Part shown: piece after piece, positions 16,709-26,341 of the stretch | Position numbering within the stretch: the first letter of the stretch is position 1 | Layout: the number at the start of each line of letters is the position of its first letter | IMG/VR virus record: IMGVR_UViG_3300014208_000026 | Coordinates: 32,001-96,000 of that record | Reading direction: 5' to 3' (one strand) | DNA from: a virus | Lineage: Duplodnaviria > Caudoviricetes | DNA length: 64,000 nt | Notes under the pieces: generated by a model | Databases searched by the model: none | What the model saw: only the letters and a program-made list of their open reading frames with translations | What the model was told of the DNA's origin: nothing | Program-made: the position numbers and the translations under genes

Positions 16709-18067
16709 ATGCCAAAAGGCATTCCTAACAAGAAGCGGATTGCTCCCGTAGAGGATCCGGATCAGGGCGAGATCGAAGAGGGTGTTGTCGAAGTCGTCGA
16801 GAAGAATGAAACCCCCAAGGCTTCTATTTCAGGAAAGCCGCCCACGGCCCTGAAGCTGGCCCTGGAGGACCTGAAGAAGGACACCAAGGGCAAAGAAGGT
16901 AGCTACGTGGTGCTGGACCCGAAGCTGCTCACTCAGTCTTTCCCTCACTGGGGGACTGGTTCGATTACTGCCGATTACTACATCGGCGGGGAGCCCAACG
17001 AGAAGGGGGTTGCACCCTGCCCGGGATTGCCCAAGGGGCGTGTGACCCTGCTGTACGGTAGAGAGTCCTCGGGCAAGACCACCCTCGCCCTTACAATGGC
17101 TGCGGCCGTGTGTAAGGCGGGGGGTACTTGCTGTTACATCGACTACGAGCAGGAAGTGAACCTGTCGTGGGCTGAGACTCTGGGGGTGCCGGTCAAGGAC
17201 GAGGCTCGGTTCCAGCTTCACCAGCCGGACAACCTTGACGCAGGGGCCTTCGTAGCTTTGAAGATGATTCAGCGGGGCGTTTCCCTGGTCATTTTCGACT
17301 CGGTCGGAGCTTCTCAGACCAAGGCGGAGAGCCTGAAGGCTCTCGACGAGGCTGCTCGCGTAGGTGCTAACGCTGGGTTCTGGAGTCGAGTGGCTCCCAC
17401 GCTGAAGAACGCCTGCAACAAGTACGGGTCCTCTTTGCTGGCTATTTCCCAGGTTCGTACGAAGGTGGACACTTCGGGCGGTAAGGCCAAGGGGGATCCT
17501 GAGAAGCCCCAGGGCGGGAACATTTGGATGCACGTCCCGAGCGTTCGTATCAAGCTTGTCCGCATCGGCGCTCTGAAGGAAGGGGTTTTCGATCCGTTCC
17601 AGAACAAGATCGAAGACGCCGTGGTCGGCCTGATCGGCAAGATGAAGATCGAGAAGTGCAAGGTCAGCCAGAACATGGGACGTGAGGGGATCTATCACCT
17701 GCGTTCCGGTTTCGGGTTCGACAATCCTACGACGATCATCGAGCTTTGTTCCAAGCACCGTATTGTCCGCAAGGACGGGTCTTGGTTCACGGTCGAAGGT
17801 CCGGACGGGAATGAGTGCCGTGCTCAGGGTCTTCGCGGTTTCCGAGAGAAGGTTCTGAAGGACGAAGCTCTGTTCAAGTTCCTTTGGAGGAAGACCGTTG
17901 AGGCGCTTTCCGCCCACGCCGCTTCTCCCGTAGAGGAAGAAGAGGTGGAGATGGTCGAGGGGGACGACGAAGCAGAAGCTCTGCTGGCGGAACTCTCTGG
18001 GGAGAAGGGTCTGTCCACGGACGGGTCTGAGATCGATGACGACGAAGGCGGGATCGAGGGCGAATAG
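16709..18067 (+). CDS. recA: RecA/UvsX recombinase
   Basis: GLPKGRVTLLYGRESSGKTT, IDYEQ, VIFDSVG, GSWF. Confidence 0.95.
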   Translation: MPKGIPNKKRIAPVEDPDQGEIEEGVVEVVEKNETPKASISGKPPTALKLALEDLKKDTKGKEGSYVVLDPKLLTQSFPHWGTGSITADYYIGGEPNEKGVAPCPGLPKGRVTLLYGRESSGKTTLALTMAAAVCKAGGTCCYIDYEQEVNLSWAETLGVPVKDEARFQLHQPDNLDAGAFVALKMIQRGVSLVIFDSVGASQTKAESLKALDEAARVGANAGFWSRVAPTLKNACNKYGSSLLAISQVRTKVDTSGGKAKGDPEKPQGGNIWMHVPSVRIKLVRIGALKEGVFDPFQNKIEDAVVGLIGKMKIEKCKVSQNMGREGIYHLRSGFGFDNPTTIIELCSKHRIVRKDGSWFTVEGPDGNECRAQGLRGFREKVLKDEALFKFLWRKTVEALSAHAASPVEEEEVEMVEGDDEAEALLAELSGEKGLSTDGSEIDDDEGGIEGE

Positions 18068-18081
18068 ATAGGGGGCCCTAA

Positions 18082-19467
18082 ATGGCTGTCAAAGTCCGCA
18101 TCAAAAATTTCCAGTCACTCAAGGACATCTCCTTTGAAATCAAAGGGATGACGACCATCACGGGCCAGAACAACTCTGGTAAGACCGCTATCATGCGGGC
18201 CCTGCGGGGTGTCTGGGAAAACACGGCTTGTGAGTCCTACATTCGTTCCGGAGAAGCCTATTTCTCGGTTTCGATGGATTTCGAGGACGGGCAGTCCGTG
18301 CTTTGGGAGAAGGGGACTGAGAAGCCAAACGGGAAGGGCGGGACCATCAACCGCTACGTGATCAACGGTGTCACGTACAATGACGTCGGGCAGGGGGTTC
18401 CGGAGGCTCTGGACGCACTCAAAATCACGTCCGTCCAGGCCTCCGGACACACCCTCTGGCCTCAGATCGCCACACAGTTCCCCGACACGCAGCACTCCTC
18501 CCAGGTGTTCCTGCTCGACAAGACGGGTCCGGTGATCGCAGAGGCAATCGCGGACGTGGAAAAGGTCGGGTTGTTGAACAGAGCTTTGAAGGAGTCTGAG
18601 ACTGACCGCAGGACCGCCAACGCCGAACTGAAGACTCGACGTAAGGATGAATCCGAGGTCGCAAAGGGCCTGGAGCGGTTCGAGGGCTTGGAAGAGGTCG
18701 ACGTAGAGGTCATTCGACTTGAAGAGAAGTCGGCCGAGTTGGAGGAAGCCCGTAAAGGGTTGTTGCTCCATATGCTGCTCAGGGAGAAGGTGCAGAAGGC
18801 GGCGGGGGAAGTCTCTCGACTCCTCCCTGTGGAAAAGGTAGCTGTTCCGAGTACCGAGCGGGTTGCAGAACTGGAGGGCGCCCAGAAGAATCTGGCCCTC
18901 CACACCACGTTGCGGGATAGGGTTGTGAGAACCGACAAGGAAGTCTCTCGGCTCCTGCCTATCGAGAAGGTTCTTATCCCTGGGGCCGAGCAAACCGACA
19001 AGCTGCAGAAGTACCAGAAAGCGCTTACCACGGCTTCTAGGCTGAAGGGCTCTCTTGCACAGGCTGCGGCGGAGGTTTCCCGCCTGGGGGGTGTCGAGCA
19101 AGCTATTATCCCTGACGAACCGGTTTCCGTACAAGACCTCGGGGCACAGTTGCGGCAAGCCCACGAGATCCAAGCGGCCATTAAGAAGGCGGCGGGGGAC
19201 GTGGAACGGTACTCCGCGATTGAGGGGGTTGAATTCCCCTCCTCCGATCGGCTCCTGAAGATTCAGAAGACTCTGGGGGAAGCCCTGGACTTCAAGAAGC
19301 GGTTGTCGGGGACTGCCACGGAGGTGGCTTCCCTGACGGGGCAGTTGGAGACCGCTGAGAAGGGGTATATTGCAGCAGGGGTTGAAGTCGACTCCCTGAA
19401 GGCAGAACTGGGAAGCTGTCCTCTCTGCGGAGAGGTTTTCGGTGAAGGACACTTGCATGGATCCTAA
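18082..19467 (+). CDS. sbcC: SbcC/Rad50-like ATPase, N-terminal half ending at the zinc hook
   Basis: IKNFQS, Walker A GQNNSGKT, Q-loop, coiled coil, terminal CPLCG; no Walker B. Confidence 0.85.
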   Translation: MAVKVRIKNFQSLKDISFEIKGMTTITGQNNSGKTAIMRALRGVWENTACESYIRSGEAYFSVSMDFEDGQSVLWEKGTEKPNGKGGTINRYVINGVTYNDVGQGVPEALDALKITSVQASGHTLWPQIATQFPDTQHSSQVFLLDKTGPVIAEAIADVEKVGLLNRALKESETDRRTANAELKTRRKDESEVAKGLERFEGLEEVDVEVIRLEEKSAELEEARKGLLLHMLLREKVQKAAGEVSRLLPVEKVAVPSTERVAELEGAQKNLALHTTLRDRVVRTDKEVSRLLPIEKVLIPGAEQTDKLQKYQKALTTASRLKGSLAQAAAEVSRLGGVEQAIIPDEPVSVQDLGAQLRQAHEIQAAIKKAAGDVERYSAIEGVEFPSSDRLLKIQKTLGEALDFKKRLSGTATEVASLTGQLETAEKGYIAAGVEVDSLKAELGSCPLCGEVFGEGHLHGS

Positions 19468-20770
19468 AATCCTGAAGGCCGCTATTGGGGATAGCCCTGG
19501 TGTCGCCTCGTTGTACTACGGACAGGACGTGCTTGAGACTCTGAAGCAGTTACCGGACCAGTCCGTTCATATGGTGGCAACTTCGCCTCCCTATTTCAAC
19601 TTGCGTTCATATTTGCCCGAAGGGCACCCTGACAAGGCACGTGAAATAGGAGTCGAGGAAACCCCAGAGGAGTACGTCGAGAAGCTGGTTGTGGTGTTCC
19701 GTGAAATCTGGAGAGTGTTACACAACTCGGGTGTGATTTGGATTAATATCGCAGATAGCTATGTGGGTGGCGGGGGCTTTTCCCCTAATGCCCCGTCAAA
19801 TCTGGCAGGTTCTAAGCAGGCTACGCAGGGCGGGGCTAAGCCTGGGGGCGTTAAGCCCTGCGGTAAGCTGAAGCCTAAAGACCTCGTTGGTATCCCCTGG
19901 CTGGTAGCCCTGGCTTTGCGGGATGATGGCTGGTATTTGAGATCCGACTGTATCTGGCATCGGATCAATAGCATGCCAGAGAGCGTTTCGGACCGCTGTA
20001 CTAGAACCCATGAGTACATTTTCATGCTGACCAAGAAGCCTAAGTATTTCTTTGACGCAGAGGCGATCAAAGAAAAGACGGCTGCGGAGACTAGAGACCC
20101 CAGTACGACGGGGGTTACGGATTTTTTCGGATCAAATGAGGACACTTCTGATTCTGTTGATATTGATGTAACGAGAAATCATAGAACAATTTGGTCTTTT
20201 TATTCTCGTCCATATAAAGGCGCTCATTTTGCTACTTTTTGCGAGGAGCTTCCTGAGACCATGATCAAGGCAGGTTCCAGCTCATGGGGTTGTTGCCCTC
20301 GCTGTCTAGCCCCTTGGAAGAGAGTATCGGGGAAGCCCTGCGAGAAGTGCGGCGCTTTCGTCAGAACGGCTGCTGTCAAGTGCCCAGGTTGCGGTCACGT
20401 TCGGGATTGGAAGAAAGGCCGTATGGCCAAGGAAGAACTTCTAGCCGGGAATTTTGATTCCGGGTCGGGAAAGCACGTTCCCAGGTTCCCGGGCAATTAC
20501 AAGAACAACACGGTCTTTGGGGAGTGGGTTCCTACCTGTAACTGTCCGGCCCATGAGCCGGTTCCATGTACCGTGCTGGACCCTTTCAGCGGGTCTGGGA
20601 CTACGGGCAGGGTAGCCCTCCGGCTGAAGCGTAACTACATCGGGATCGATTTGAACAAAGAGTACGAGGCCATGGCCGTCAAGCGAATTGACGGGGTTAC
20701 GGAGCCCGAGGTTTCTACTGACGGAATTCTGGAGCAAGGGACGCTCGTTGTTTTTGGAGCCTCAAAATGA
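19457..20770 (+). CDS. second N6A/N4C DNA methyltransferase with Zn fingers
   Basis: ATSPPY, DPFSGSGTT, CPRC, CEKC and CPGC motifs. Confidence 0.9.
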   Translation: MDPKILKAAIGDSPGVASLYYGQDVLETLKQLPDQSVHMVATSPPYFNLRSYLPEGHPDKAREIGVEETPEEYVEKLVVVFREIWRVLHNSGVIWINIADSYVGGGGFSPNAPSNLAGSKQATQGGAKPGGVKPCGKLKPKDLVGIPWLVALALRDDGWYLRSDCIWHRINSMPESVSDRCTRTHEYIFMLTKKPKYFFDAEAIKEKTAAETRDPSTTGVTDFFGSNEDTSDSVDIDVTRNHRTIWSFYSRPYKGAHFATFCEELPETMIKAGSSSWGCCPRCLAPWKRVSGKPCEKCGAFVRTAAVKCPGCGHVRDWKKGRMAKEELLAGNFDSGSGKHVPRFPGNYKNNTVFGEWVPTCNCPAHEPVPCTVLDPFSGSGTTGRVALRLKRNYIGIDLNKEYEAMAVKRIDGVTEPEVSTDGILEQGTLVVFGASK

Positions 20771-21732
20771 TCAAGCTAGTTTACCGTAAAGACGCTCATC
20801 TTGCCGGACAGTCTCCGCAGTCCCGTAAGGATGACTACGCCGAGTCCATTCTCGCCAAGCTTCGACAGACTGTTGAAATCGCAGAGGAAGAGAACGCGGA
20901 CGCCCTGTTGGACGGTGGGGACCTTTTCCACGTCAAGGCACCGACGAGGAATCCCCACTATCTGACTACCCGTTTGATTGAGGCCCACTACTCCAGGGTT
21001 CGTACGTACCTGACTCCCGGGAACCACGACGTGGTGTACGGGGATATGCAGCACCTCGCCCAACAGCCCCTTGAAGTGTTGTTTGCCTCTGGGGCGATTC
21101 GACGCTTGTACGGAGAGCATGAGGCGGTGTTCGAGCGGGACGGTTTGAAGGTGCGTGTTGTCGGGGTAGCTTATCCTGGCAGGGAGTACGACAAGAGCAT
21201 TCTCGATATCAAGAAGAAGGACGAGGACTACCTCGTTGTGTCCGCACACCTCCTGGCCAGCAGCGAGGGCGGGTCTATGTTCGAGAATGAAGATATCATC
21301 TCCTACAGTGACCTCAAAGGGCTGGATGCTTCGGTCGTGCTGTTTAGTCACTGGCATAAGAACCAGGGCATTGTAGAATTTGCCCCTGGGAAGTGGGTCG
21401 TGAATATCGGGGCTCTCTCCCGAGGGTCTTTGATTCAGGACAACGTGGAGCGCACTCCCTCGGTGGCGGTTCTCTCGTTTACCAAAGAGGGCATTCAGGT
21501 TGTGGAACGGCCTCTGAAGGTTCTGCCTGCGGACGAGGTTTTCGATTTGCAGGGTAGAGTACGAGCGGAAGCCCGTACCATGACCATCGAGGATTTCGTG
21601 ACCCACGTCGATGAAATGCTGTCTCCTACGGTCACGCAATCGTTGGCTGAGACGGTGCGAAACCTGCCTGATATTCCGGAAGCTGTGCGGGAGAAGACTC
21701 TCGATTACATTGAACGAGCTAAGGTAGTCTGA
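20767..21732 (+). CDS. sbcD: SbcD/Mre11-like metallophosphoesterase nuclease
   Basis: DAH, GGDLFH, GNHD, SHWH motifs. Confidence 0.85.
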   Translation: MIKLVYRKDAHLAGQSPQSRKDDYAESILAKLRQTVEIAEEENADALLDGGDLFHVKAPTRNPHYLTTRLIEAHYSRVRTYLTPGNHDVVYGDMQHLAQQPLEVLFASGAIRRLYGEHEAVFERDGLKVRVVGVAYPGREYDKSILDIKKKDEDYLVVSAHLLASSEGGSMFENEDIISYSDLKGLDASVVLFSHWHKNQGIVEFAPGKWVVNIGALSRGSLIQDNVERTPSVAVLSFTKEGIQVVERPLKVLPADEVFDLQGRVRAEARTMTIEDFVTHVDEMLSPTVTQSLAETVRNLPDIPEAVREKTLDYIERAKVV

Positions 21733-21734
21733 CG

Positions 21735-22673
21735 ATGGAACAGCAGAAGATTCTCTATTGGACGGGGTTCGACCGTTACGAAAACTGCCCTCAGCAGTAC
21801 CTATGGTACTACGGCTGGCCCGGAATCGACGTGGGGGGAGGTCCTGGGAAAAAGAAGCCCGTCCCGAAGCAGCGGTCCGAGCACCACCTCCTCATGGGGA
21901 CTGTGATTCAGGCTGTCGTCGAGTGGATGTATCTAACCGAAGCATGGAAGAATCCGGTTACTCTGCGATCTTCCGCTCGGGAGACCCTGGACAAGCGGTT
22001 CGAGCGGGAGTTGGCTCGACGTTTTGTCGACTGGCACGAGGTTACCCGTCAGGAGATTTACGATATCTGCCTGAGCGGGGTAATGGGCTATCTGGATACG
22101 ATGGTTGCCAACCGGTTGGTTGGGGACGTGATGCGGCCCGAGATTGAGTTCATCGGTTGCCTGAAGCAAGACAGCTACCCTATTGCGGTTCGAGCGGACC
22201 TTGTGATTGTTCGCAAGAACACGAACGTTCTGCCTGGGGTGACCGTTCTAGACGGGAAGAATTCCAAGCACAAAGACAAGTACACGAATCCAGATCAGTT
22301 GAGGTGGACCGCCCTTTGCCATTATCTGCGTCAGGGGACTTTGCCAGACCGGTTGGGGTGGTGTTACTACCGATACCCTGCGGGCACTCCCATTCCTGGG
22401 ACGGATCAAGTAGAGACAGGGATTGACTGGGTGTCCTACACTCTGGACGAAGTCAAGGGTCTGGCGGCACGGGCCATCGAGGCTCACGACGGATTGTTGG
22501 CACAGAATTTCGATCCGCATCCGGTTCCGAAGGTCTGCAAGTTCTGTGATTACGAGCCCGTGTGTGAGGCTCGGCAGACTACCAAGAGGCGCCGGAAGCC
22601 CAAGCCAAGTTTGTTTGGGGATGGGGAGGATTGGTCCCCCCGTGAGGTCGAGATCGAGGGAGAGCCTGAATAG
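21735..22673 (+). CDS. Cas4/RecB-like PD-(D/E)XK exonuclease with probable Fe-S cluster
   Basis: N-terminal CP, RADL...LDGK, DQL, C-terminal CKFCxxxxxC. Confidence 0.8.
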   Translation: MEQQKILYWTGFDRYENCPQQYLWYYGWPGIDVGGGPGKKKPVPKQRSEHHLLMGTVIQAVVEWMYLTEAWKNPVTLRSSARETLDKRFERELARRFVDWHEVTRQEIYDICLSGVMGYLDTMVANRLVGDVMRPEIEFIGCLKQDSYPIAVRADLVIVRKNTNVLPGVTVLDGKNSKHKDKYTNPDQLRWTALCHYLRQGTLPDRLGWCYYRYPAGTPIPGTDQVETGIDWVSYTLDEVKGLAARAIEAHDGLLAQNFDPHPVPKVCKFCDYEPVCEARQTTKRRRKPKPSLFGDGEDWSPREVEIEGEPE

Positions 22674-22721
22674 AGTATATAGGGGACTGACGAGTTCACC
22701 GGACTGAGAGGTAAAAAGAAA

Positions 22722-22994
22722 ATGCCGGATCCTACGATGCAGTTGGAAGCCGCTCTCAAGAAGCGGGAGACGCTCTCGAACCTGAAGGAGCGGTTGACAG
22801 GTACTTTGGAAGCCGCTAAGAAGCGTCAGGAAGAGGCTCGGGCGGAATGCCAGAAGCGGGGGATCGACCCCGACAATCTGGACAACGTGATCAAGAAGTT
22901 GGAGACGGCCTTCTCCGAGGGCGTTTCCAAGTTCAGTGCAGATTTGGAAGTTGCGGAAACCAACCTCAAGCCGTTTGCAGGAGAACAAGGATGA
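22722..22994 (+). CDS. small coiled-coil protein
   Basis: 90 aa heptad-rich, strong RBS GAGGT. Confidence 0.75.
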   Translation: MPDPTMQLEAALKKRETLSNLKERLTGTLEAAKKRQEEARAECQKRGIDPDNLDNVIKKLETAFSEGVSKFSADLEVAETNLKPFAGEQG

Positions 22995-24142
22995 AGATTC
23001 AGGTTGCCAGCCAGGACCTCAAGGCCGCGTTCAAGGTTGCGTCGTGCGCCGTGGGTAGTGAGGGCGAAGACGTCCAGACCCATTTCGTGTTCAGGGCTTC
23101 GGACAAGGGGAAGGTGGAGATCCTGTCCTATTCCCAGCGTATCTTCGCCAGTTCCCCTCTGGTCTGCACGGTAGAGGGCGGGCCTTTCTCGTTCACGATG
23201 CGTGCAAAGGATATCCAGAAGTGGGTGCGGGCTCTGCCGGATGAGCTGTTGACGTTGGAATTCGACCAGGGTACCGCCAACGTGGTGGCCAAGGCCAGCA
23301 ATGCCACTGTCCCGTTCGGATCCCTGGATCCGGCCAGTTTCCCCTACTGGGACGGCGAACTGAAGGACGCCAAGGAGATTTCAGAGATTCCGGCCGGTGC
23401 CTATCGTGAGGCCCTGATCTATGCTCGCGGGTTTGCTTCGAAGGAAGACACGCAGCAGCCCGCTCTGTGTGTTGTGCGAGTGCAGGATGGTGTGTGCATG
23501 GCGACGGACCAGACCGGCGTGGTCAAGGTCACTATCCCTTCCCTGAAGGGCACCTCTACCCTGGCCCACACCAAGTACCTCAAGGGTCTGACCGACTACC
23601 TGGGGGGCTTGGGGACGAAGCCGGTCAAGGTGCTCACTCATCCCCGTATGACTGTGTACGTGGGTCCGGATGGGGAATATTTCGGGGAGAGCGCTCACGG
23701 GCTCATGTTCCCCGACCTTTCGATTGACGGGAATATCCAGGACCAGAACTGGTGGGAGTTCAACGTCAAATCGATGCAGTCGGCTATCGAGGCTCTGGGG
23801 GCTACGGCCAAGGACGATGATCAGAAGATCAAGTTCCGTCTCGACCCGCAGGCCAACAAGATCATGATGTCAATGGCTACTCGAACGGGCGGAGAGAGCC
23901 GTTTCGAAGTTCCCTGCCTGGGTTACGGGAAAGAGCCGGACTTCGATATCTACACCGACACTTTCACTTTGGGGAAGGGCCACCTTCTCACGATCCTGGG
24001 CCTGTATACGGACGCCACTGCCCGTCTCGGGGTGAACTACCCTGGAGCCAAGACGAAGACCGGTTGGGTTCGTCAGCGTCGTGTTGTCGCCAGCCCTGAG
24101 GGCGATTGCGAGTTCCTGGCAATCCTTCTCTGGCTGTTCTAG
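22991..24142 (+). CDS. dnaN: DNA polymerase III beta sliding clamp
   Basis: 383 aa, three-domain clamp pattern (SLDPASFP, MATDQ, FPDL); ATG 22991. Confidence 0.8.
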   Translation: MKIQVASQDLKAAFKVASCAVGSEGEDVQTHFVFRASDKGKVEILSYSQRIFASSPLVCTVEGGPFSFTMRAKDIQKWVRALPDELLTLEFDQGTANVVAKASNATVPFGSLDPASFPYWDGELKDAKEISEIPAGAYREALIYARGFASKEDTQQPALCVVRVQDGVCMATDQTGVVKVTIPSLKGTSTLAHTKYLKGLTDYLGGLGTKPVKVLTHPRMTVYVGPDGEYFGESAHGLMFPDLSIDGNIQDQNWWEFNVKSMQSAIEALGATAKDDDQKIKFRLDPQANKIMMSMATRTGGESRFEVPCLGYGKEPDFDIYTDTFTLGKGHLLTILGLYTDATARLGVNYPGAKTKTGWVRQRRVVASPEGDCEFLAILLWLF

Positions 24143-24153
24143 GAGACAAGACT

Positions 24154-24567
24154 TTGGAACCTCTAGTCTTATACTTGAGCAGACAGTTGGGGTTGGGGGT
24201 TTCCTGCAACGCTCTATGCCAGGAGTTGCTGGACGACCAGTCTTTGCTGGGGCGGGCCTATCCCCGGGTGTGTCGCAGTCGCGTAGCGGCACAGCTTAGG
24301 GCCCAGACAAAAATCCGCAAAGCTCTGGATTGTTCTTTCAAGCCTCTATTTGCGTGGTTCCTGGAACGCAAAGCGGGCCAGACCTGGGACGTGGTCAGTA
24401 AGCAGGTTGTTTTGGCGGGTAGTGTGAAGGAGGCTCGCGTGTTGGCTTCTGAAAAGGCCGGAGAAGAAGGGGCTCGGTGTTGGTTGTCGGGGCGACGGTC
24501 TACATGCACCCGACTCCCCTCTGTGGAAGGGCCTGCTCGTGCTCTTGTCAACAATTACGCAGGCTAG
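24154..24567 (+). CDS. hypothetical protein
   Basis: TTG start after AGGAGA; fills the gap between genes. Confidence 0.5.
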   Translation: MEPLVLYLSRQLGLGVSCNALCQELLDDQSLLGRAYPRVCRSRVAAQLRAQTKIRKALDCSFKPLFAWFLERKAGQTWDVVSKQVVLAGSVKEARVLASEKAGEEGARCWLSGRRSTCTRLPSVEGPARALVNNYAG

Positions 24568-24575
24568 GCTTTAAG

Positions 24576-25220
24576 ATGGAACCTCTTCTGGCTGTCCCCG
24601 CGATTACACCCCTTCGCTCAAAGCTGGAGAGGGTGAAGGGAGTTCGAGACGGCGAGCAGCTTCGTCTCTCTACCCTCCAGAAAGCTATCAAGAAGTTGGA
24701 AGAGGACGAAGAACTTCTGAGTCTGGTTTCCGCCCTCCTGCGTTCCCTGATTGATAAGGAAGTGGAAGCAGGGAAGCAGGTCATCGAACGTTTGCAGACC
24801 GAGGCGTTGCAGGCGGTGTTCGATGATCAGGATATTTCCCTGCGAGCGGAACTTTCCATCCAGAGGAACAAGGTAGCCGTCGAGTTGGTGACTGTCCAGA
24901 AGCAAGAGGACGGCACGGTGAATCAAGGTATCAGTTCGGACGCTTTCGGCGGGGCTGTGACTACGGTAGAATCCGTGCTGATGCGTATCGTCGTGATCCT
25001 GCGCCGAGAGCTTCGTAGGATTCTGTTGTTGGACGAGAGCCTTCCGGCGTTCGATCCCAACTACGTGACGAACATGGCGAAGTTCCTCTCCCTGTTGTGT
25101 GCTAAGCTGGGCTTGGATATTTTGCTCATTAGTCACAACCCCGTTCTGATTGAAGGGAGCGATAGCGCCCTCACACTGGTCAAGAAGGGCAATTTCGCCA
25201 AACTGACAAGGCTTCGTTAA
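24576..25220 (+). CDS. sbcC: SbcC/Rad50-like ATPase, C-terminal half
   Basis: Coiled coil, then signature-like SDAFGGA, Walker B LLLDES, D-loop AFD, H-loop ISHN. Confidence 0.85.
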   Translation: MEPLLAVPAITPLRSKLERVKGVRDGEQLRLSTLQKAIKKLEEDEELLSLVSALLRSLIDKEVEAGKQVIERLQTEALQAVFDDQDISLRAELSIQRNKVAVELVTVQKQEDGTVNQGISSDAFGGAVTTVESVLMRIVVILRRELRRILLLDESLPAFDPNYVTNMAKFLSLLCAKLGLDILLISHNPVLIEGSDSALTLVKKGNFAKLTRLR

Positions 25221-25221
25221 A

Positions 25222-25800
25222 ATGAGCACTGCTCAACGTACCGGAATGAAGCGTCGGAAGGAAGTTGAACAGAAGCTCCGACAGGTACGTTTCCGGCACT
25301 TGAAGGTCTATTTGAACGAGAAGCTGAAGCGAGCCGCCTGTAACTGTGAGTTTTCGGGCTGCTACCCCCAGGGAACAGAGGCCACTTGTGCTCATGCAGC
25401 CCTCCTTGACGTCCCCTATCGTATCTGCGATTCCAGGTTCGGAGGGGATAAGATCGCTCAGGTGTGTCCTCATTTCCAGGCCAAGCTGGGGGTCGAGCAG
25501 TACAAGGAAGAGTTCCGGCAACTCATGACCCGCAGTCGGGCTGAGATTGCTCAACGGTATCCTGATATCGCGGCTCTCATGTGGGTGCTCGGTGAGGATT
25601 TCGTGCAGGATATTCAATTGGAGGCTGATGATGTCTGGTCTGAAACCGAAACCCCGCAAGATTCTGGCTCTGCACCTGGACCAGATGACGAAGCCTGTAC
25701 CCGAGCGGGCCTCGGAGAAGGCGCCGACCTCACCGGCAGAGTGCCCGAAGGTGCCTCGCAAGAACCACGACCTTCTGGGGCGGGGGACACTGCCTCTTAA
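25222..25800 (+). CDS. Cys-rich hypothetical protein
   Basis: 192 aa ORF with several Cys/His clusters. Confidence 0.6.
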   Translation: MSTAQRTGMKRRKEVEQKLRQVRFRHLKVYLNEKLKRAACNCEFSGCYPQGTEATCAHAALLDVPYRICDSRFGGDKIAQVCPHFQAKLGVEQYKEEFRQLMTRSRAEIAQRYPDIAALMWVLGEDFVQDIQLEADDVWSETETPQDSGSAPGPDDEACTRAGLGEGADLTGRVPEGASQEPRPSGAGDTAS

Positions 25801-26341
25801 AGAAGGGACCCTGCTCGTAGAGTTTCCTGTTCACCCTGGACTCGCTCCTTACTTGGTTACAGGGGCTTCGAAGCCCCATCTTTGGATTGAGCGGGCTTTT
25901 GGCAAGGGCGGTAGGGGTGCTTACGTCCGTCTCGCGGTGAAGTCCCAGGAAAAGGATCTCGGAGCCTACTACTGGTCCATGGTGGAGACTTTGAGTCAGC
26001 GGAGTGATCAGTCCGGATGGGGGAGCATATTCAAGGCCACTCCGGAGGTGCCTTTTGAGGAAACCATCCGTAAGGCTCTCCAGTATGTTCTCTCGTTCGA
26101 TATCAGCGAGGTCGAGGTGTTGGTCCATCCCGACTGTGCAGATTCTGCCATGAAGGCCGTGGCTCCTGAATTTGTGACTCCGGTTACGTGGTTCAAGACC
26201 CCTTGTTGCGTGGTGGTGCCCAGGGATCGCGATTTCCTGGGGGCTCTCCTGGCCGTGTCCCCTGGAAGGTTTGTGGGGATCGTCCACAATGCCAGTCGTG
26301 GTTTTGCAATGGCTGTCCCGACTGCGGGGGTCGCGGTTTGA
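25751..26341 (+). CDS. hypothetical protein (start uncertain)
   Basis: Open frame ending in a TTGA overlap with the primase start. Confidence 0.55.
   Translation: MPRKNHDLLGRGTLPLKEGTLLVEFPVHPGLAPYLVTGASKPHLWIERAFGKGGRGAYVRLAVKSQEKDLGAYYWSMVETLSQRSDQSGWGSIFKATPEVPFEETIRKALQYVLSFDISEVEVLVHPDCADSAMKAVAPEFVTPVTWFKTPCCVVVPRDRDFLGALLAVSPGRFVGIVHNASRGFAMAVPTAGVAV

Noticed and set aside
16829-19458. Long minus-strand ORFs opposite recA and sbcC (16829-17917, 18115-19458)
   Set aside because: Shadow frames of well-supported + strand genes
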